Made by a program: the position numbers and the translations under genes. From positions 2,978,001 through 3,038,000 of the forward strand of contig NC_087246.1 of NCBI RefSeq assembly GCF_037042905.1: a stretch of DNA of 60,000 bases. The letters are read 5' to 3'. The notes under the pieces were generated by a model. It saw only the letters and a list, made by a program, of their open reading frames with translations. It was not told where the DNA came from and searched no databases. Origin of the DNA: Lytechinus pictus (taxonomy: Eukaryota). Within the stretch, counting starts at the first letter, position 1. Each line of letters starts with the position of its first letter. Shown here in pieces: positions 1-13,693 of the stretch.

Positions 1-90
1 AAACATAACCCTTAATGTTTAAGAGTAATTGTGAAGTGCAATGGTCCTTCTTTGAATATTTCTTTGTTATGAACTCAGACAACATAGCAG

Positions 91-271
91 GTGGGTGTTT
101 CATAAAGCTGTTTGTAAGTTAAGAGCGACTTTAAGAATGACTGGTGATCCTTTCTTGTGGTGAATGGTATACAACAAAATGTTCATTGGCAATGGATCAA
201 CTCGTAAGAAAGGTTCACCAGTCATTCTTAAAGTCGCTCTTAATTTACGAACAGCTTTATGAAATGGCCCC
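91..271. mobile_element. Short hairpin MITE (Harbinger-like; CAG flanks)
   Basis: Arms TTTCATAAAGCTGTT..TAAGAGCGACTTTAAGAATGACTGGTGA are inverted at the other end. A second, interrupted copy lies at 55523-56570. Confidence 0.75.
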
Positions 272-581
272 CAGGAATCACATATTTTGTAATTACAAAG
301 CTCAAGAATGATGAAAGGTGTAAGACAAATCTGCAATTCAGATTCATTCCATGAAGCTCTAGAACACCAGTATTATTTTGTAACCATCAGCACCATCATA
401 ACCATTAGTAATCAAATCATCCTCATCATCAATAATATAAAAAAAACAGTATTGCTGTCACCATCAGTACCGTGAATGCCATAGTCCTTGTCCTCCTCTA
501 CCTCTTCCTCCTTATCATCATTATCATCATCATCATCACCACGACCACCACCACCATGATCATCAACTATCACCCCCTCAC

Positions 582-675
582 CTGATAATGAAGAAACTGT
601 CCAGTATTCTGCATTAATATCTTTAGCAACCTCCATAGCAGCCTTCTCCACCTCATGAACCTCATCCTGTGTTTC
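582..675 (-). CDS. RAB34: Rab34/Rab36 coding exon 6 (ETQDEVHEVEKAAMEVAKDINAEYWTVSSLSG); gene continues left of the window
   Basis: AEYWxVSS G5 region; ttccag| acceptor, CAG|gtgag donor, 94 nt. Confidence 0.92.
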
Positions 676-2184
676 CTGGAAACAATGGATATATCAACAT
701 ACATGATGATGGTGATCAAAATAACAACATCAATGAAAATAATAATAATGATAATAATATAAAGTTGTTTTTTATAATAAAATAAATAAAGAAAAAATAG
801 TTATATATAAACATATCTATATTTACAAGAAATCAACTTTGAAGATACAGTTGTATAAAGAATACAGTTGTATAAGGATGACAAATACTGGTTAATATAG
901 CATGTATTTTTCTGCGAAATCAACTATAATTGTTAACATTGTATTTCTTTATTCTTAAAGCTAGTGTTTTATTAAAGAAATCAATATTTATGGAGGCTTC
1001 TGTATAATATAATTTTACATAAAGATCTACATGTAGTTAAAGCATGCAATTTTCACATTATATGTAGGACGACTACAAGTGGTATATGAATTCCAGGAAT
1101 CAACATTTTTTTTTACAATCCAACACTTTAGCAATATGGGTCAATGCTGAAAAGGAAGTCAAGAATATTAAACAGGATGTTCATCAGGAAACAACTGTTT
1201 CAAACCATAGAAATAATAATCCAATTGTAAATTCATACACATTCGTATTGTGAAATATACTGGTATTATATTTTCACTGCTCTTATGAGAACAAGTGTAA
1301 ATATAATGGAAGTATACCGTGTCCATAAAAGGATTAATACAGTATGTGTAATTGCATATTAGCTGCATGTGATACAGGACTTGTGCACAGACTTTATGGC
1401 ATCTATACTCTGTTGCAAATTGATGAACTTATTACACTGTCAACGCCATAATTTCTGCATAATTAGATATTATACGGTCTTTTTTTTTTTTTACTAATCA
1501 ATGTATTCAAAATTTCTTTCATGATGTTGGTTTTGTTTTCATGCACAGCAATAATAAACAAAATAAATGAAGTCCTTTTATCCAGTGTCATTTTTGCCTG
1601 CCGTTTTATAATATAAAAAAAACATAGTATATGATCAGTACCAAAATGAAAAGCCCTGAAATTCTGAATGTGACTCACTTTTGAAAATAGGTGCACTGTG
1701 TAGTACCCTTATTTGAGGGCATTACTTTGGTCACTTGAATAATTCATAGTGTAAATCATAATGTATAGGCTTACTTACTTTCTCAAATACTGGGAAAATT
1801 AACCAAAACAATTCTACTTGCAATCATATATCATATTATATTCACATACTAAATTGATATCACCCTCGTCTACCACTCGGGCGATATAAATCTAGTTTGG
1901 GCGATATATGTCGTATCGCCCCGAGGCCAGTCGATATTGCTTTATTATATTGACATACCATCTAAAACGTAGTCTCATAATTAACCTGACATAAGCAAAG
2001 CAACTGTCATGTGTTTCAAGGAAGCTATCTGGTCCCCAATTACCACTCCTATGTCGAGTGCAGCACAATCAGGATAGATTTCTTGCTGCAGAGAACACCC
2101 GGAGAAAGATTTGAACACATCATCTACTGATCTATAATAACCACTAAACCTTGAAGTGTTTCTATAACAAATAACCTGACTTAC

Positions 2185-2315
2185 ACATAAATCTCGTTTG
2201 GTTCCCACAAGGAATATATGAGGATCATGAGTGTTTTCCAGTAATGATTCTTGATACCATCTCTTTGCATGGTCTAACGTGTACAACTCCTTCATATCAA
2301 AAACAATAACTACAA
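2185..2315 (-). CDS. RAB34: Rab34/Rab36 coding exon 5 (VVIVFDM...IFLVGTKRDLC)
   Basis: G4 motif variant GTKRD; ctccag| acceptor, TGT|gtaagt donor, 131 nt. Confidence 0.93.
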
Positions 2316-3612
2316 CTGGAGAAAGAGAGGGAGAGAAAAGAGAAATAAAAGTTATACATAATATATCAGTTTGAATAATTTCTTTGATCTTTTCTTGTTT
2401 TTACTGTTTGCATTCTTTTGAATACATAATATGCCTATGTGTGCATTGCATAATTACTGCAATTATAATCTAGATATTCTTCAATTTCTTTATGAAGAGA
2501 ATACAGAAACAAGGACAATATTATGGTACCAAGCTATATACTTATAGAGATTGATCACACTATAGTGATATAATCTGTACTACCTCCCCCCCAAAAAAAG
2601 AAAATAACAAAATAATAACAAATGTGAGAAACAAGCATCCCAGTTCCCATGATTTCCCTAAACTGAAAGACTCAAGATTACTCAGAAATCATTTATATTG
2701 CCTGATCTTCTCCATCTTTTAATGGAATGCATTTTTTATTATTATTGCTTACTATTTAAATACTAGGTTGGACTCTGTACTATGAATAATCAATTTGTTT
2801 AATATTCACTTGAAACATTGCAATAACAAACACTTTGCAGTCTTGAAGCTATGTTGTGCCAAGGAATGCACGTGACCATAGGGTTGAAGGCTTGAAAAAA
2901 TCAATGAAATAGGAATATTCCTGACACATTAATGCAGTTTTGTCAAAGCTATTGGCAAGGTCATTATAAGCTGACTGTGGCAAATTTTATTAAGAACAGC
3001 ATTTACATGTACTTGTACATGTAAATCAGTAACCAAAAAATAGTAATATTCTGATAAGGATACTGCATTGTACTACATGCATGGTACTGGTCTGTCAAGG
3101 AGTATGCAAATCCATTTCAGGTTTGATTTTTAAATAAAAAATCAACAAAAACAAAAGACTATTGAAAATACAAGTTTACAAAAGTAAACATTAGGGCCTA
3201 CAAATCATAATAGAATAACAAGGGAAATTAAAAAAGAAACCCATGAATTACATTACATGGCCAGTTCAAATAATTTATTTTTTGTTTTGGAAAACAGAAT
3301 CATAACAAGAACTCTATAATCAAAGCTGAATTTTCACAGATTTTAAGCAATTATCTATAATTCTGCAAGTCTACATAACAAATTTCAATGCAACAATAAG
3401 ACCTAGAGCTAGAAGCAGAGATAAAATTATGCTGTAGATATCATGGACAAATTATTTCTGAAAATCTGAAATGTTTATAGTTTGCATTGTAAAACGCTTT
3501 AATAGCTAATCGTATGCAAGGAAAGGGAGGCTGAATAAGCAAATTTATGCCACTGCACAAGGACAATCTGAAAAATAGGTGGTATCAAAATATGATTCAA
3601 TAAAATACACTG

Positions 3613-3938
3613 GCCCGTATTCTGAAGTCAGGTTTAACTTAGACCATGGTTTAACTCTGTGCTAAAATCATGGGGAGCCAAAAACTCCAAAATTATGTTT
3701 ACATTGTATACTACGTTTACTATTTTGTTTCCATTTGCTTTCATAATGAAGAAAACTACTTCAGTTATCATTCCAAGCAGTTATGAATGATTTGAGTGTC
3801 ATGTGAGTAAATAAACTGAACCTGTACTAATAGAGATTTCTGCCCAAATTGGCTTTCCATAGTTAAACTAGGTTGGTCCATGGTTAAACCAAACCTTTAA
3901 ACCGGGGTTCAATTTAGACCCGAGTTCAGAATACGGAC
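3613..3938. mobile_element. MITE with TIR CCGTATTCTGAA / TTCAGAATACGG
   Basis: Terminal inverted repeats plus subterminal GACCATGGTT motifs. Confidence 0.6.
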
Positions 3939-3978
3939 AACTAGCTTTATAAAATGTAGGTACAATATACATATTACG

Positions 3979-4447
3979 CCCGGGGGGGCCAGTCAAATAT
4001 ATTGCTGTACACACGCGTGACCAAGGAATTTCCAAACACCCCCTAAACGAGTTATTCTCTATGTGCAAAATAACCCCCTAAACAAGATTTTCGCGGGCAT
4101 TATTTACACATTTTGGCCCCTAAACAAGTTGTCGCCAAAATATGACCTCGGGGAGGAAAAAGCTTTGGGGAAAACATAGAAGTCTACCCTAAACACGTTT
4201 GGCTAGTCTTTAAAAAAAAAGCTTTGTGGAAAAAAACATACCCTAAATACCTGTACGTTTGACCCCGTGATTGACCAGTGACCAGTCTTTCAAAACCACC
4301 CTTTGTCTTGAAAATCTGTGTTTTTGATACCCTTAACGAGTCCATGTGCGGACCGCGTCCAAAACTGAAAAAAAAACCTTTAAACAAGTTTTTTTGGGGT
4401 CGCGCGTGTATACAGCAATTTATTTGACTGCCCCCCCCCCCCCTGGG
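3979..4447. mobile_element. G-tract-ended MITE (CCCGGGGGGG..CAGTCAAATATATTGCTGTACAC) with internal CCCTAAAC repeats
   Basis: TIRs ~40 bp; a degenerate copy with the interior in opposite orientation at ~40637-40980. Confidence 0.7.
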
Positions 4448-4744
4448 ATATTAAGCCTACATGTATATGTACAGGCTATTTGCGCACACCTGCTGCTGAT
4501 ATTATATGCACTTGCATACATGTATATGCTGCTCAGGGATTTTGGTTTTGGCTTTCAATAATTCTTATATAAGTATTATTCTTCCTGGCATTGCAAGCTT
4601 TTCAGGCACTTTACATGCAGTGGTACAAGATTTTGCATTTGGTGGAGGAGAGAGCATCTTTCTTACACCTTAATAACATGACAAGTCTTGTACCATTGCA
4701 CTTATGCTTATTTGTACTGTACACAGTATTGATGATTATCTCAC

Positions 4745-4809
4745 CATGAGCTCCTCTGTAGTATGCAGCTGCTATACACTTGAATCTCTCTTGACCTGCA
4801 GTGTCCCAT
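4745..4809 (-). CDS. RAB34: Rab34/Rab36 coding exon 4 ([21 protein letters not shown])
   Basis: G3 motif WDTAGQE; ttcag| acceptor and G|gtgag donor, 65 nt. Confidence 0.95.
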
Positions 4810-5775
4810 CTGAAATCACACAAACAAACATGACTTTCAGGATCATATTAAAAAAAATATATCCATTTAAAAACAGTGACATATTTTGACAATTGTATGA
4901 CATGAAATTTCACGGTGGAAAAAATTTGCTAATTCCTTAGTCCAAAATTGCTAAAAATGTTCACCTTATTTTGGCCTCTTATAAATGCTGCTGATGCGAA
5001 AATATGAGGTAACATTTCAATTTTTAATTCACTTAATTTTATTTGATTCAATCATTTAAAAATCAATATAAGGGCCTACACAAATCATGTACATGTATAC
5101 ACATGAATGCACAATTATTGAAAATAGAGTTTAATTGATTAGGGTACCCCTAAATAAAAGCAGGAGCTTGATGAGTGCGACACCCAATACAAAATACATA
5201 AAAGTACATAAAAGTGTAAAAGTAACAATAATATTTAAAAATACAAATGCAGAAGAAATAAAATAGTAAAAAAATAAAAATATTATGCTGAGGTACCAAA
5301 ACTGTGATGAATCCGAATCTAAAAGATTGGTTTAAAAATTATTGCTGCTCCCACATTTACGTGTACTACAATGACTTCAACAATAACTCCTCCTTTTTAT
5401 CCTCCTCCTTATAATTCACCCCCTTCTCGACCAAACTACATGTACCAAACTTTTGACTTGGCTACATATCTCTGGGATATATCTAGGCATATTTGCACAT
5501 TTAACAACAAATGAGTGGATCATGATCAAAGATAGGGTAATAAAGAGGTTTGTACACTATACCACTGCCAAATATCTTTACTGTGTAGCTGTATCATGTA
5601 AACATGAAAAGAGCTCTAAAAACTTGCTTCATCAATTCATTATGCAGCTACATGTATCATATTTCTACAATATTGATGTAGACCCTACTTGTTTTGAGGA
5701 TCGAATTTGATATAAACAATAGTCAATTCATTAATTGCAGTACAGGCGATATATTGTCTACAGAATACTCTTTTA

Positions 5776-6292
5776 CCCTTTTTACACAGGCTAAAATTTC
5801 CTTAACCCCGTACTATAGGTGGGGCTAAATGGCAATTTAGCCCCACCTATAGTACGGGGTTAAGCTTAGCCCACTTTCTTTTTACACAGCATTTTTGCAA
5901 AGTGGGCTAACCCCACCTTTAGTACGGGATTATTTGGCCCTGCAAAAAAGCAGGGTTATCCCAGCAATTGCGGTGCTAAGAGCGATAGTACGGGGTTAAG
6001 ATCGCTAGTGTAAAACGAAAGTGGGCTAAGCTTAACCCCGTACTATATAGTACGGGGTTAAGGAAATTTTAGCGTGTGTAGAAAGGTACGAGTGAAGTAC
6101 TTGTACTACGAATGATCGACAAAAACCACTAGTCCGGGGTTAGCGAGTTTCGTGTGTGAAAAGCAAGCAATCCTTATCCGGGGTTAGCGATAACAATTTG
6201 GCATGTGTGAAAAGGAAAAAAAATAGTACGGGGTTAAGGATAGTACGGGGTTAGCGATAGTCCGGGGTTAAGAAAATCCTGTGTAAAAAGGG
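5776..6292. mobile_element. TA-flanked MITE, TIR CCCTTTTTACACAGG, internal TAGTACGGGGTTA repeats
   Basis: TA|CCCTTTTTACACAGG ... CCTGTGTAAAAAGGG|TA. Confidence 0.85.
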
Positions 6293-7907
6293 TATAAGTT
6301 CTTCATATCTTGAAAGACCTAATTGCACACATTGATCATGCCTCAACAACAGAAAACAAAAGTTCACCCTGACACAGAGTATTGAATTTAAATTGAGAGT
6401 TCAGCTGGATGTTGACATGTATTGATAGTAAAGGAGATTTAAGAACCCCTAAATATCAAGGAGCCTAGATAGGTCTATTCATGGACATGATTTGAAAATA
6501 AAAATAAAAATGACTCTGTCATGGCAAAGTTTTTCACAAGGAGAGTATTATATTGAAATTAGAATTACTATAAAGGCAACCTTCATAGTCACAACAATCT
6601 ATTTTAAACATTTTTTTACAAGTCCCCTCTCTCAGAAATATTTTGTTTTTTCTTATAAAAAAATGCCCTTCTTTTAGTCCTTGGATATCAAAAAACATAC
6701 AGATAAACATAATATCCTGAATTTGCCATTCAATTCCATGCTTATTTAGAGAATGATATATTTTATTTTTATCTGGCACCCAATCATTTGGATTTAGAAG
6801 TTGAAATAACAAAATCTATCCAAGAAAACACATGTGTGTTTTAGTATTACATGTCACTGTTTATACCTACATTGTAGCAATGAATTGGAATCATCACATG
6901 TGCACATTTGGGGGATTTACCAAGAGTTAAAATACATGTATGCTTTGATAATTTTGTGTTGTTATTTCTTGGTAATCCCAACCAAAAATTGTGTTCTCCA
7001 TGGAATTATGTGAAATCCATCTGGCAATGGGAAATTCTGGAACACTCTGTTTCCCTTTTATTGTTTCATTTTGCTTTTGGAAAACTAGGGACTTTACCCA
7101 AACTTTAATAGCCTATACAAATAAAAGTGAGTTGCTATATAATATACTTGAACATCTTTTGACTCTGATACCTTATGAATAAAATACTGTACAGTTACCA
7201 TCATTCAGCATTGAGAGGAGAAGACAGTTGCAATGAATGTGAAGATTTATGGGGGAGGGGTAGAGATATCAGATTTCATATTTTTAGAATCTTCAAAACA
7301 ATGACATGGTCTGGATGTACACTATCATGCAAATAGGGAAGTAAAATATACTTCATGCACTAGTTCCTTTTTTAAACTTCCCCATTCATGTACAGAGAAT
7401 ATTTGTGTAATTCTGCATGTTAAAGTGGATTGGGAAATACTTGATCTACATGTACAAAAATAACGAGCATTACTCACAATATGAAATGGACAAAAGTCAC
7501 AGTAACATTCAGGAAGAACTGCACACAATGTACACTATTTGATAGCAATCACCTTATTGAGTAAAGATTGTCAATACAAAACAGCAAGAATCTAAAATTA
7601 TATTATGAAATACACTTTAACCCTTTTGCATTAATCATTTTGTAGTCTGTGATTAGATCAGTCCTTCTTATTCTTGCTTGGTATTAAAATATGGAAGAGG
7701 GGAACAATTTTCTGCATTAAATGTATCCGTTTTAAGAATATATATTTTGTACATGTATACACTGAAGTGTGGTCAAATCTGAAATTGGTCACATGATGAT
7801 TTATAAGGTAGTAAGTTTAAACAAGTGGCGCGCCTCTGGCAGTCTCACCTGCATTATGCAATTCAATATAGCAGCAGTGCTGACTTTGAAAATGATCATG
7901 ATCACAG

Positions 7908-8027
7908 TGATGATGATGATGATGGTGATGACGATGATGGTGATGATAATGATGATGGTGATGATGATGATGATGATGATGGTGATGATGGTGATGATGA
8001 TGATGGTGATGGTGATGATGATGATGG

Positions 8028-8108
<81 letters not shown>

Positions 8109-8157
8109 GATGATGATGATGGTAATGATAATGCTATGGAGCTGGTGGTGATGATGA
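7908..8157. repeat. (GAT)n/(GGT) microsatellite
   Basis: Directly visible trinucleotide run abutting the donor site of Rab exon 3. Confidence 0.98.
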
Positions 8158-8164
8158 TACTTAC

Positions 8165-8332
8165 AGCTGGAGATTGAATGGTATCCCTAAAACATCAAAT
8201 CTCTCCACCTCAAAATCAACTCCTATAGTGGCCTTGTAGTCACGATCAAAAACTTCATGGCAAAATCTGTTCACTAGACAGGTCTTACCAACAGAGACAT
8301 CCCCTACAACTATCACCTTGGAAACCTGCAAA
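8165..8332 (-). CDS. RAB34: Rab34/Rab36 coding exon 3 (P-loop GDVSVGKT, switch I YKATIGVDF)
   Basis: tttag| acceptor at 8333-8334 restores the frame from exon 2 (GG|T TTG CAG GTT TCC AAG). Donor CT|gtaagt, 168 nt. Confidence 0.95.
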
Positions 8333-8636
8333 CTAAAGACAGCAAAATACAAGAAAAATACATCTTTTAATGGAAAATATATTTACAATACCAAAGCTCT
8401 GCAGAGAAAATTGTTTAAAAACTGGACTGTAATAAGAAACAAAAGTTTAATTTGAATGAGGCAGGTCCTATAGGTCAATTCTTTGAAAAGTACATGGCAA
8501 GACAGCATCAATGATGAACTTTCAAATTGATGATGCATTAGTTTGTTTTTGTTATTCTGATGGTTAACTGGGAACTGAGTGATCACAGAGTTGCAAAAAC
8601 AATATTCTCATTCAGCCCCTTTAAAATAGCCTTTAA

Positions 8637-9243
8637 AGGTCAAGTCCACCCAAACAAAATGCTGATATGAATCAATATGGAAATCAAATAAGCATGACAC
8701 TGAAAATTTCATCAAAATCGATGAAAAATAAGGAAGTTAAATGACATCTTACAATTTCACTTATTATTCACAAAAAAAGTTATATATACGCACAACTCAG
8801 TGATATGCAAATGAGAGAGTCGATGATGTCCTTCACTCACTATTTCTTTTTTTATTATTTTATACAATATTTCAATATTTACAAATTTGACAATTACAAC
8901 CATCTTGACTGACCCACAAATAGTTAAAACAAATGGTAATTCCACATGTTCAGGGAAGAATAAAACTTTGTCTCACATGATGAGGAGAAAATTGAAATAT
9001 TTCATATTTCATATAAAATACATGTACAAAGTGAGTGGGTAATGTCATCAGTTCCCTCATTTGCATACCAACCAGGATACTGTGCAGATATAACTGTTTC
9101 ATTGTGAAATTACATGTAGGCGAAACTTTTAAATATCATAACTTTCTATTTCACATTATATTTTGATGAAACTTTTAGTGTATATATATGCTTGTTTGAT
9201 TTTTCCCTTTTATTCATACTTCTTGCTAGGTTGGATTTGTCCT
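8637..9243. mobile_element. Kolobok-like TTAA MITE family A (AGGTCAAGTCCAC...)
   Basis: TTAA flanks and AG..CT termini. Other copies at ~15670-16390, ~34292-34864 and 45966-46568, with a fragment at ~46860-46938. Confidence 0.8.
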
Positions 9244-9543
9244 TTAAAAATCTGCATCAGAATAAAAATAAAGGTAAATGGATAATACGTATGATTACAA
9301 TCACATCCACAACCTATGTAATTTCAATGAGCACTTGTTGACAAGTGCTATAAAAAGCAATCATTGATTCTGCAAAAATTGTTTCAGTGACAAAAACGAT
9401 TGAACTTTGGCACATACCAGGATATGAATGAGTTAAAATGTCTGCTCTTGATGCTGAGCACTACATATATACATGTTCTTCTTTTGCAAATAAACTTCTC
9501 TTTCCAAATAATGAAGATAAAATATGAGAATGGATCCCTCAAT

Positions 9544-10015
9544 AGGTGGTTTCAAACTGCCTTGATCACAAGAATCCCCATTAAATTAAGAGAACTTTTT
9601 TTCAGGCAAGTATATATCCCTTAATTATTCCCACATTCATACCGCCCCGGGATAAGTTCCTGAAGTTACGAGCATGCGCAGTATAGGGTCTGATAAGCAA
9701 GCAAGGTGCGAGATTCAAAATCGCTAGCTCAGCAGCCATCCACGGCTCCCGCGCCCAACTACACGCTGTGCTCAAAGTTCCACTAATTTGCTTTCACATT
9801 GCCAAAATACCTGCGACCTTGGAAAAATCCCCGCGAAAGTTCTTGTAATTTTGACAAGTACCTACTATTTCGCGGGTATTCTCTTTTGGGGAGATTACGC
9901 GTAATTTGCTTTCACATTTCCAAAATTACCGGTACCTGGTAATTTCTGAATCAGGGTTAATTTCCCGATCATAAAATACCTGGTACTGACAAACTTCGAG
10001 GCGGTCTGAAACTAC
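9544..10015. mobile_element. MITE with TIR GGTTTCAAACTGCCT / AGGCGGTCTGAAAC (Harbinger-like)
   Basis: Imperfect TIRs, CpG-richer interior with repeated TTTGCTTTCACATT. Confidence 0.55.
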
Positions 10016-10583
10016 ATGTACCTAGTGTTGACATCATAGTGTTTTTTTAAGTTGATCATAGCATTCTGCTGACATGAACAAATAATCATCATCATGTTCC
10101 TTCAAAATTTCTGCCAATACTTTTACCATACAATACAAATCAGTTAAGTCTTCCAAGGGGAAAAAATCATGAAAGAATCTATGAAGTGGGGCATTGGAAT
10201 TGGAAAAGGTCATTACAAGTGAGATGTCAAACGTGAATTGGAAAAGGTTATAACAAGTGAAATATCAAACATATATATAAACATCATAGAGGTAAAAATT
10301 GTCCTGGTATCGCATTTGCTCCACATTTTTTTATGACTGCTACACAGAATTTCTTTAGTGTATGCTGTAGCAATTTTTTAAGGGATATGACTGGTACAGA
10401 AGATAGTTGATAGCTCTCTCAATGTACAGTACGACCAGTAATTTTGAGAAGTACACTGTAAACTTATTCCTACACATACTGTAATCACGACAGGCTCCAA
10501 ACTAATGTTGCAAAAAAGCAACCATACTAACATCAACCATTTTATTTGTTGAGAGCCAAATCGGCAACAAAGCCTTGCATTTA

Positions 10584-10901
10584 CAGGGTGCTACATAACT
10601 TTTTAGAAGCACTTGCCCAGTCGGGCAAGTAAATTTTTAAATAGTTCAAATATACTTGCCCAAAAATCTATTTCACTTGCCCGAAAAAATCATTGAAAAA
10701 AAAGTATTACCTCTTCAAAAGACAGTAAGTATTGCAGTTTTATAAACCATTGACATTTTCTCTCTTTTGACATGAACTGATCTACCTTGTTATTGCCATG
10801 AACAAAATAAGGGTCAATTTCATATATATCGACCACATTTTGGTCATTCTATTGTGAAAATTTTGCATGCCCAATCGGGCAAGTGCTTATGTAGCACCCT
10901 G
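10584..10901. mobile_element. hAT-like MITE, TIR CAGGGTGCTACATAA
   Basis: Perfect 15 bp TIR, subterminal CTTGCCC/GGGCAAG motifs, ATTTA on both flanks. Confidence 0.75.
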
Positions 10902-13594
10902 ATTTATTGTTTATAAAAAGCTTTTATGAAATGGGGCCAGGTTACAGGTCTTACTCCTAGTACAGCAACCTAACATTCTAGACTGATGTCATGAACTGAA
11001 CTCCTTTCATTTTCAGAACAGCATCCCCAATTATAACAATGAAATTAAATACCTCCTTGGAGTCAATCTACTGGACCCCTATGGATGACCTGTTGATCTT
11101 GACATCAACACAATCATCACAGCGCTCCATTCAATTTCTTTGAAATGATGATATATCAAAGATAAGGGAGAGGTTGGATTTGTCAAAATTGAAATCTATG
11201 ATGATCATTGCATTAATGCAGCATTTAGGGCATGCAAAACCAAATCAAGCTGTGCTTCGGAATAGTTTACTATATAGATGGTGCAAAATAAATAAAATGC
11301 TGTGTTTATTATCATTTTTATTACTTAGTCAGCAGGTTGTTATTTCATACCAAAAAAAACATCATTTTTTTTATCATATCATCATTTTTGTGCATTTAAT
11401 TGCTATTAACAGGGAGCAAAGAGTCAAGAATAATAAGAATAACACAGAAACAAGAGGAAAATGTGACATGAGATTCTAGATATGACATGAACAGAGTTGA
11501 ATGAATTTACCAAGTTCTGACATTTGATATTTCAGTTGTTTTTCTCTCTTTGTCATGATGATTCATATTTCACAGATGGTACATAGCCTACTGTGAGAAG
11601 TGCATTATCTGATCATGCTTCCTTAAAGGGATGGTCTGGGCTGAAAATATTTATATCTAAATAAATAGAGTAAAATTCACTGAGCAAAATGCTGAAAATT
11701 TCATCAAAATCTGATAACAAATAACGAAGTCATTAAATATCAATATTTATCAATAATTTGTGAAAACATTAATATGCACATCATCATGAATATTCATTAG
11801 GTGGGCTGATGATGATGTCACATCCCCACTTTCCTTGTTCTCATGTTATTACATGAAATCATAAACGTTTCATTTCTTCATACATGAGTACATTATGCGT
11901 CTCCATTATGATATTTAAGTTAGGCAATAAATAAATAATGCACTTAATCGGTTGTCAATCCAATTGTTTTAGTTCTTGGTAGAAAATTTTTTGAATAAAC
12001 CTAATTTCACATAATAAAATACAAAAGAACAAGTGGGGATATGGCACCATCAGCCACACCTAAATATGAACATTCATAAAGACATGCGGATGCCTAGAAC
12101 TGTTTCACCAGAATAATGCAAATCTTTAAAATTAAATAACTTTGTTAAAAGTATTACCTCTTCAAAAGACAGTAAGTATTGCAGTTTTATAAACCATTGA
12201 CATTTTCTCTCTTTTGACATGAACTGATCTACCTTGTTATTGCCATGAACAAAATAAGGGTCAATTTCATATATATCGACCACATTTTGGTCATTCTATT
12301 GTGAAAATTTTGCATGCCCAATCGGGCAAGTGCTTATGTAGCACCCTGATTTATTGTTTATAAAAAGCTTTTATGAAATGGGGCCAGGTTACAGGTCTTA
12401 CTCCTAGAACAGCAACCTAACATTCTAGACTGATGTCATGAACTGAAATCCTTTCATTTTCAGAACAGCATCCCCAATTATAACAATGAAATTAAATACC
12501 TCCTTGGAGTCAATCTACTGGACCCCTATGGATGACCTGTTGATCTTGACATCAACACAATCATCACAGCGCTCCATTCAATTTCTTTGAAATGATGATA
12601 TATCAAAGATAAGGGAGAGGTTGGATTTGTCAAAATTGAAATCTATGATGATCATTGCATTAATGCAGCATTTAGGGCATGCAAAACCAAATCAAGCTGT
12701 GCTTCGGAATAGTTTACTATATAGATGGTGCAAAATAAATAAAATGCTGTGTTTATTATCATTTTTATTACTTAGTCAGCAGGTTGTTATTTCATACCAA
12801 AAAAAACATCATTTTTTTTATCATATCATCATTTTTGTGCATTTAATTGCTATTAACAGGGAGCAAAGAGTCAAGAATAATAAGAATAACACAGAAACAA
12901 GAGGAAAATGTGACATGAGATTCTAGATATGACATGAACAGAGTTGAATGAATTTACCAAGTTCTGACATTTGATATTTCAGTTGTTTTTCTCTCTTTGT
13001 CATGATGATTCATATTTCACAGATGGTACATAGCCTACTGTGAGAAGTGCATTATCTGATCATGCTTCCTTAAAGGGATGGTCTGGGCTGAAAATATTTA
13101 TATCTAAATAAATAGAGTAAAATTCACTGAGCAAAATGCTGAAAATTTCATCAAAATCTGATAACAAATAACGAAGTCATTAAATATCAATATTTATCAA
13201 TAATTTGTGAAAACATTAATATGCACATCATCATGAATATTCATTAGGTGGGCTGATGATGATGTCACATCCCCACTTTCCTTGTTCTCATGTTATTACA
13301 TGAAATCATAAACGTTTCATTTCTTCATACATGAGTACATTATGCGTCTCCATTATGATATTTAAGTTAGGCAATAAATAAATAATGCACTTAATCGGTT
13401 GTCAATCCAATTGTTTTAGTTCTTGGTAGAAAAATTTTTGAATAAACCTAATTTCACATAATAAAATACAAAAGAACAAGTGGGGATATGGCACCATCAG
13501 CCACACCTAAATATGAACATTCATAAAGACATGCGGATGCCTAGAACTGTTTCACCAGAATAATGCAAATCTTTAAAATTAAATAACTTTGTTA
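10700..13594. repeat. 1447 bp near-perfect tandem duplication (10700-12146 / 12147-13594)
   Basis: Identical ORFs at 11174 and 12621 (offset 1447); only about three differences noticed by eye. Confidence 0.97.
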
Positions 13595-13693
13595 CTTGTT
13601 ATCCGATTTTGATCGAATTTTTAGCATTTTTCTCTTTGAATTTTACTCTTACTTATTTAAAGATAAAACACATCTCTAGCCTGGACCATCCCT
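13074..13693. mobile_element. Kolobok-like TTAA MITE family B (AGGGATGGTC...GACCATCCCT)
   Basis: TTAA on both sides. Truncated duplicate at 11627-12146; older reversed copy at ~19350-20165. Confidence 0.85.

Noticed and set aside
7769..8151. Poly-Asp and poly-Met ORFs
   Set aside because: Translations of the (GAT)n microsatellite.
8325..8334. Alternative acceptor tgcag| at 8326-8327 for Rab exon 3
   Set aside because: Using it would shift the frame relative to the phase-2 donor of exon 2; the AG at 8333-8334 fits.
11174..12926. Two identical 101 aa ORFs
   Set aside because: By-product of the 1447 bp duplication; non-ATG start and no protein-like features.
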